From the NCBI GenBank assembly GCA_015490555.1, contig WFXO01000029.1, positions 2,024-66,023 on the forward strand: a stretch of DNA of 64,000 nucleotides. The letters are read 5' to 3'. Below, piece after piece: positions 60,582-64,000 of this stretch (its first letter is position 1; each line of letters begins with the position of its first letter). A program made the position numbers and the translations under genes. The notes under the pieces were generated by a model. The model had not been told where the DNA came from. It ran no database searches and was given only the letters and a program-made list of their open reading frames with translations. This stretch comes from a candidate division WOR-3 bacterium. Its GTDB lineage: Bacteria > Hydrothermota > Hydrothermia > WGAB01.

Positions 60582-63527
60582 TTACTCCTTCAGTTCCTTC
60601 CAGTAAATCATCTTAGTAATCGGAAGTTCTCCGGGTAACTTCTTGTTGATAATCTGGCCGGTAGAAGTCGAAGCGGTGAGTACTGCTGTGGGGCTCTGCT
60701 GGCTGACCGAGATTTGAGGCTCTGTCGGCAGTCCCTGTCCGATGACATCCTCTGAGATCTTCTGGCCGGTCAAGTAGTTCAAGGAGTACAGGCGAGCCAC
60801 ACCCTTCGCTTCGCATGCATTCCCAGAAGAGGTCGGCTGGTACGTTGTGAAGTATACCGTACCCGCAAACACATCGGCTTCCGCGACAACTTTTTCGCCA
60901 TTCTTCCCGCCCGTACCCAGTCGGAAATACCACCCTTTAGAAGTTCCACTTCCGCCATGCGTAACATCTCCCAGGTCTGACTCTGTGTAGGGGGTCGTCT
61001 GTCCATCATCCACCACGCAGTAGAACACACCGCTGGACGTGGTATCCTGCACGTTGGCTCGATCTCCGGTTCCGAAGAAGATCCGAAGTTTTTGATCCGG
61101 ATCGAGGGCGACCGTGGGCCGGACGTAAATGGGTTGTGCTTCTTTGGATTGGAAAATCGGGGTGGCTTGCCAGTTTGCCGTATTCGGATCCGAAACGTCG
61201 ATCCTCCAGAGACGCCCCTTGAGATCACCGACGTAGAACCGATCCACGTAGCCGTCCCCATTCAAATCCACTGCAGCCGGGGAACCTGGGATCGGCGCAT
61301 CCATTTTTTCTGAATTGATTTTGCCGTCGTTATAGGAGATCTTCCAGATCAATTCGCCGGTCGCGACATTCACAATGTAGAATCCACGGCCCTTCACCTC
61401 TACCGGACTGCCCTCATGTTCCTCTTCCCCGCGCTCTCCACCTTCATGTTCTTCCTCTTCCTCTCCGTGACGTTCGTGCTCCTCTTCCTCCTCTTCTTCC
61501 TCTTCATGTCTCTCACCATGTCCATGTCTACCTTCTTCACCGTGTCTACGCTGCTCTTCCTCACCCTCTTCTTCCTCTTTTTGTTCCTTCTCGCGCTCCT
61601 CTCCACTGGTATTTCCGTAGGGAGAGTATCCTTCCACGGTTCCACCACCAAAAGCAGCAATCCACGTCTCACCAAAAATTCCAGTAGAGCCCACTTGCAA
61701 CCGTCCGATGAATGGTTTCGACCATGTCTCACCGATTTCCGAATGCGTGAAGGACCAGAGGTATTTCGGCTGTAATGTATTGGTGATATCAAGAGCGAAA
61801 TAGGTGTTGCCACCTTGACGTTCGCCACAGACAAGAATGGTGTGCCACTCTTCTGCCTCTTTTGTAGAATCTGCAGGTCCTGATGGGATCCATACATCAC
61901 TCACGGAGGGTGAACCATCGACCATGTATTCGTGCTGATACAAGAGGTTCTTTAATTTGGGCAGAAGATTCGGGGGGATAAAAGCCCAGAGTTCTTCACC
62001 AGTTCCGGAAGTAAAACTATCCGCAAACTGGTCGTAGAAGCCGGCATCAAAGGCATGGAGCATCCCGTCGTTAGCCCCCACAACCACAATCCGGTGTCTA
62101 TTCAAATGCTGCTGTCGGAACTCGCGATACCCTTGGTCGTGGAAATAGGGAGTCGGACGACCGACGACTACTGCCTCTGAATGGAAGATATCCCCTAACT
62201 TCCAATCGTAACCGTTGTCTCCACGGATGTAATTGATCACCACATCCACGCTATCTGGGCTCACACCCAGGACGGTATGTGGGACATTCCAGGTCGTAAA
62301 GGGTACTTGTCGTCCATTCACTACAGTGTAAATCTCACGAGAACCCGGCGATTTGATTTTCAACATTTCTCCGGCGTCCCAGATCGGCGTGGCTGTGGGG
62401 AACCCGGTTTCTTCATCAATGGGAATCGTCCCGTCGGGTTGCAACTGGTAGCACTTGAAATGCCCCTTCCAGAAGGGCCCATCTCCAGGAACAAACGAAG
62501 CAAAGTAGAGTTTATCTTGATATTTGGAAGAGATCGACGGGACTTCTGGAGAAGAGAAACTCATCGATTGCTGAACGATAATCGAGAAAATCTGCTTGAG
62601 GACTTGTGTGATCTCATCGGGGTTAGTGGCTGGATAGTAATGTCCGGTACCACCGAGCTCGGCAAATTCCTGCAACTGTTGTGATCCCGTGAGTCCTACA
62701 CCAACCACAAAGGTTTTGACATCGAAGGTATCTCCTTCCACAACTAAACGGCGAAGGCGTTGAATTTCTTCCCAAGGACTGTGACGGTTGTAATAAGGAT
62801 AGCCTGTCTCCTCACCATCTGTTAGCAGGAGGATGAAGTTCTTTCTGCATTTCCGGTCTGGATCATTGGGAAGAACTTCTCTCTCTAAATATTTTCGGAT
62901 CCAGTAAAGGGTACCTCCAATCGGAGTTCCTCCATCTGCCCTTAATTCCTTATCCTGAATCATTGGGTACTGATTGATATTGTCGATCCACTCCAAGAGA
63001 TCTTGCTTGTGTTCGGGGGTATCCGGTCCTAAAGGTACACGAACAACTTGGATATTCGGGTTTGAAACGGGATATTTTTTCGGCCAGTACTCGCCATGCC
63101 AACGAATGAATCTTCGATTCCATATGTTGTAGGGCCAATTACGATACCACCATGCTCTGTACCACTGGTGTTTTTGACCATAGGTAAAGAGCCCAAATCG
63201 GATGCTGCTTGTATTTCGGATGATATATCGGAGCGCGCTTTTCAGATTGTACATCCGGGAATCGTTGGGTTCTCCATCGCCGTTGGTATCTCTGCCCGGG
63301 TAATCCTCTGACCCGTCGCCCCATGTATAGACATGTTCGCTATGCCAGATATCAAAGGTCATGCTTCCGGAAGTGTCAAAAATAATCAGAACATTCGGAT
63401 CGACTTTAGCCGTGAACAGATCGGTATCATCTGCGATGATTGGGGCCACGGGCCACAAAAGGATCCCTCCTATTAATAATGGCACCAAAAGTTCGAAGGG
63501 TCTACGAATCCTCATCATGGCTCTCAC
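60582..63527 (-). CDS. pilY1: PilY1/PilC type IV pilus tip adhesin (vWA + beta-propeller)
   Basis: Signal peptide; vWA DTSGSM/GGTP/LLTDG; KLGDIFHS, VGANDGMLHAFDA, GEELWAFIP, YMVDGSP; Ca loop DLNGDGYVD..Y.GDL.G.LWR; FGTG. Confidence 0.9.
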   Translation of the reverse strand: MRAMMRIRRPFELLVPLLIGGILLWPVAPIIADDTDLFTAKVDPNVLIIFDTSGSMTFDIWHSEHVYTWGDGSEDYPGRDTNGDGEPNDSRMYNLKSALRYIIRNTSSIRFGLFTYGQKHQWYRAWWYRNWPYNIWNRRFIRWHGEYWPKKYPVSNPNIQVVRVPLGPDTPEHKQDLLEWIDNINQYPMIQDKELRADGGTPIGGTLYWIRKYLEREVLPNDPDRKCRKNFILLLTDGEETGYPYYNRHSPWEEIQRLRRLVVEGDTFDVKTFVVGVGLTGSQQLQEFAELGGTGHYYPATNPDEITQVLKQIFSIIVQQSMSFSSPEVPSISSKYQDKLYFASFVPGDGPFWKGHFKCYQLQPDGTIPIDEETGFPTATPIWDAGEMLKIKSPGSREIYTVVNGRQVPFTTWNVPHTVLGVSPDSVDVVINYIRGDNGYDWKLGDIFHSEAVVVGRPTPYFHDQGYREFRQQHLNRHRIVVVGANDGMLHAFDAGFYDQFADSFTSGTGEELWAFIPPNLLPKLKNLLYQHEYMVDGSPSVSDVWIPSGPADSTKEAEEWHTILVCGERQGGNTYFALDITNTLQPKYLWSFTHSEIGETWSKPFIGRLQVGSTGIFGETWIAAFGGGTVEGYSPYGNTSGEEREKEQKEEEEGEEEQRRHGEEGRHGHGERHEEEEEEEEEHERHGEEEEEHEGGERGEEEHEGSPVEVKGRGFYIVNVATGELIWKISYNDGKINSEKMDAPIPGSPAAVDLNGDGYVDRFYVGDLKGRLWRIDVSDPNTANWQATPIFQSKEAQPIYVRPTVALDPDQKLRIFFGTGDRANVQDTTSSGVFYCVVDDGQTTPYTESDLGDVTHGGSGTSKGWYFRLGTGGKNGEKVVAEADVFAGTVYFTTYQPTSSGNACEAKGVARLYSLNYLTGQKISEDVIGQGLPTEPQISVSQQSPTAVLTASTSTGQIINKKLPGELPITKMIYWKELKE
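61408..61605 (-). repeat. Glu/His/Gly-rich low-complexity insertion within PilY1
   Basis: GEEREKEQKEEEEGEEEQRRHGEEGRHGHGERHEEEEEEEEEHERHGEEEEEHEGGERGEEEHEG; CTT/CTC-rich DNA on the + strand. Confidence 0.9.
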
Positions 63528-64000
63528 CTCGTGATTCCCAAACGTTGTTGTAAGACATCTGAAGCCCTCTGAGGACTTTTGAGGGTGGAAGGTTCAAACA
63601 CGGAGGAAGAAAACTCGGCTTGGGAAACCCCTGTAATTTTCAAAACAGAGACAGGTTGATCTTCGAGATACGTTTCAATCTGCATTGGAATCCATCCTAA
63701 GCCCTCAACGCGTCGATATTCGCGTATTACAACATGTTCGCCATTACTTCGGAATATCTCTACAGGAAGACCCATTGTATTCCAGATCACCGAATCTCGA
63801 GGGCTGGTTGCTCGAATGCCCAAGAAGTCGAGAATCGAACGTGGTGAATGTCCTATTTGTTCTACAGGGGAGTCCTCTCCTGGAGAGACCAAAATTACTT
63901 TACCATCTTTCACTAAAAGGATCTCTTGAAGACCTTCTCCGAGATCCGTCACCATTTTCCAGTTATTGCCCAGTTTGTAAAGGGTTCCAGAGAAAGTCTG
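63524..64000 (-). CDS. hypothetical protein, C-terminal part (open to window end; possible LolA-like fold)
   Basis: The frame stays open from 64000 (QTFSGTLYKLGNNWKM...) to the stop at 63524; beta-rich with WIP..IE and ..FEP; overlaps the pilY1 start. Confidence 0.6.
   Translation of the reverse strand, partial: QTFSGTLYKLGNNWKMVTDLGEGLQEILLVKDGKVILVSPGEDSPVEQIGHSPRSILDFLGIRATSPRDSVIWNTMGLPVEIFRSNGEHVVIREYRRVEGLGWIPMQIETYLEDQPVSVLKITGVSQAEFSSSVFEPSTLKSPQRASDVLQQRLGITR

Overview
Gene-dense chromosomal window (about 54 CDS, 2 tRNAs) from a bacterium that appears to be diderm: it encodes a predicted outer-membrane barrel, PilY1/PilT and a secreted protein with a T9SS/FlgD-like tail. The V-type ATPase subunit, NadX, archaeal-type SAM synthetase and McsAB suggest a deep-branching, possibly thermophilic lineage (inference only). 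Most genes are housekeeping but sit in broken-up operons: nuoHJKLMN+pyrK, tkt, mcmA/mce, two SAM synthetases, lepA, gltX, dxs-mcsA-mcsB-maf, ntpD-rpmA-nadX, truA-pilT and pyrBC. The most unusual element is a divergent four-gene locus at 40.2-46.8 kb that looks like an atypical synthase-dependent exopolysaccharide system. It encodes a TPR+beta-barrel protein, an ATP-grasp ligase, a TPR-3TM-PIG-L deacetylase fusion with a predicted cytoplasmic catalytic domain, and a processive GT2 fused to a glycoside-hydrolase-like domain, all around a perfectly palindromic double -10 element. Other points of note: repeated leaderless-type promoters, a candidate 6S-like structured RNA, a composite REP/heptamer repeat tract and a Glu/His-rich insertion in PilY1. 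No CRISPR array, integrase or transposase was seen. All calls come from motif recognition by eye; no database searches were run.
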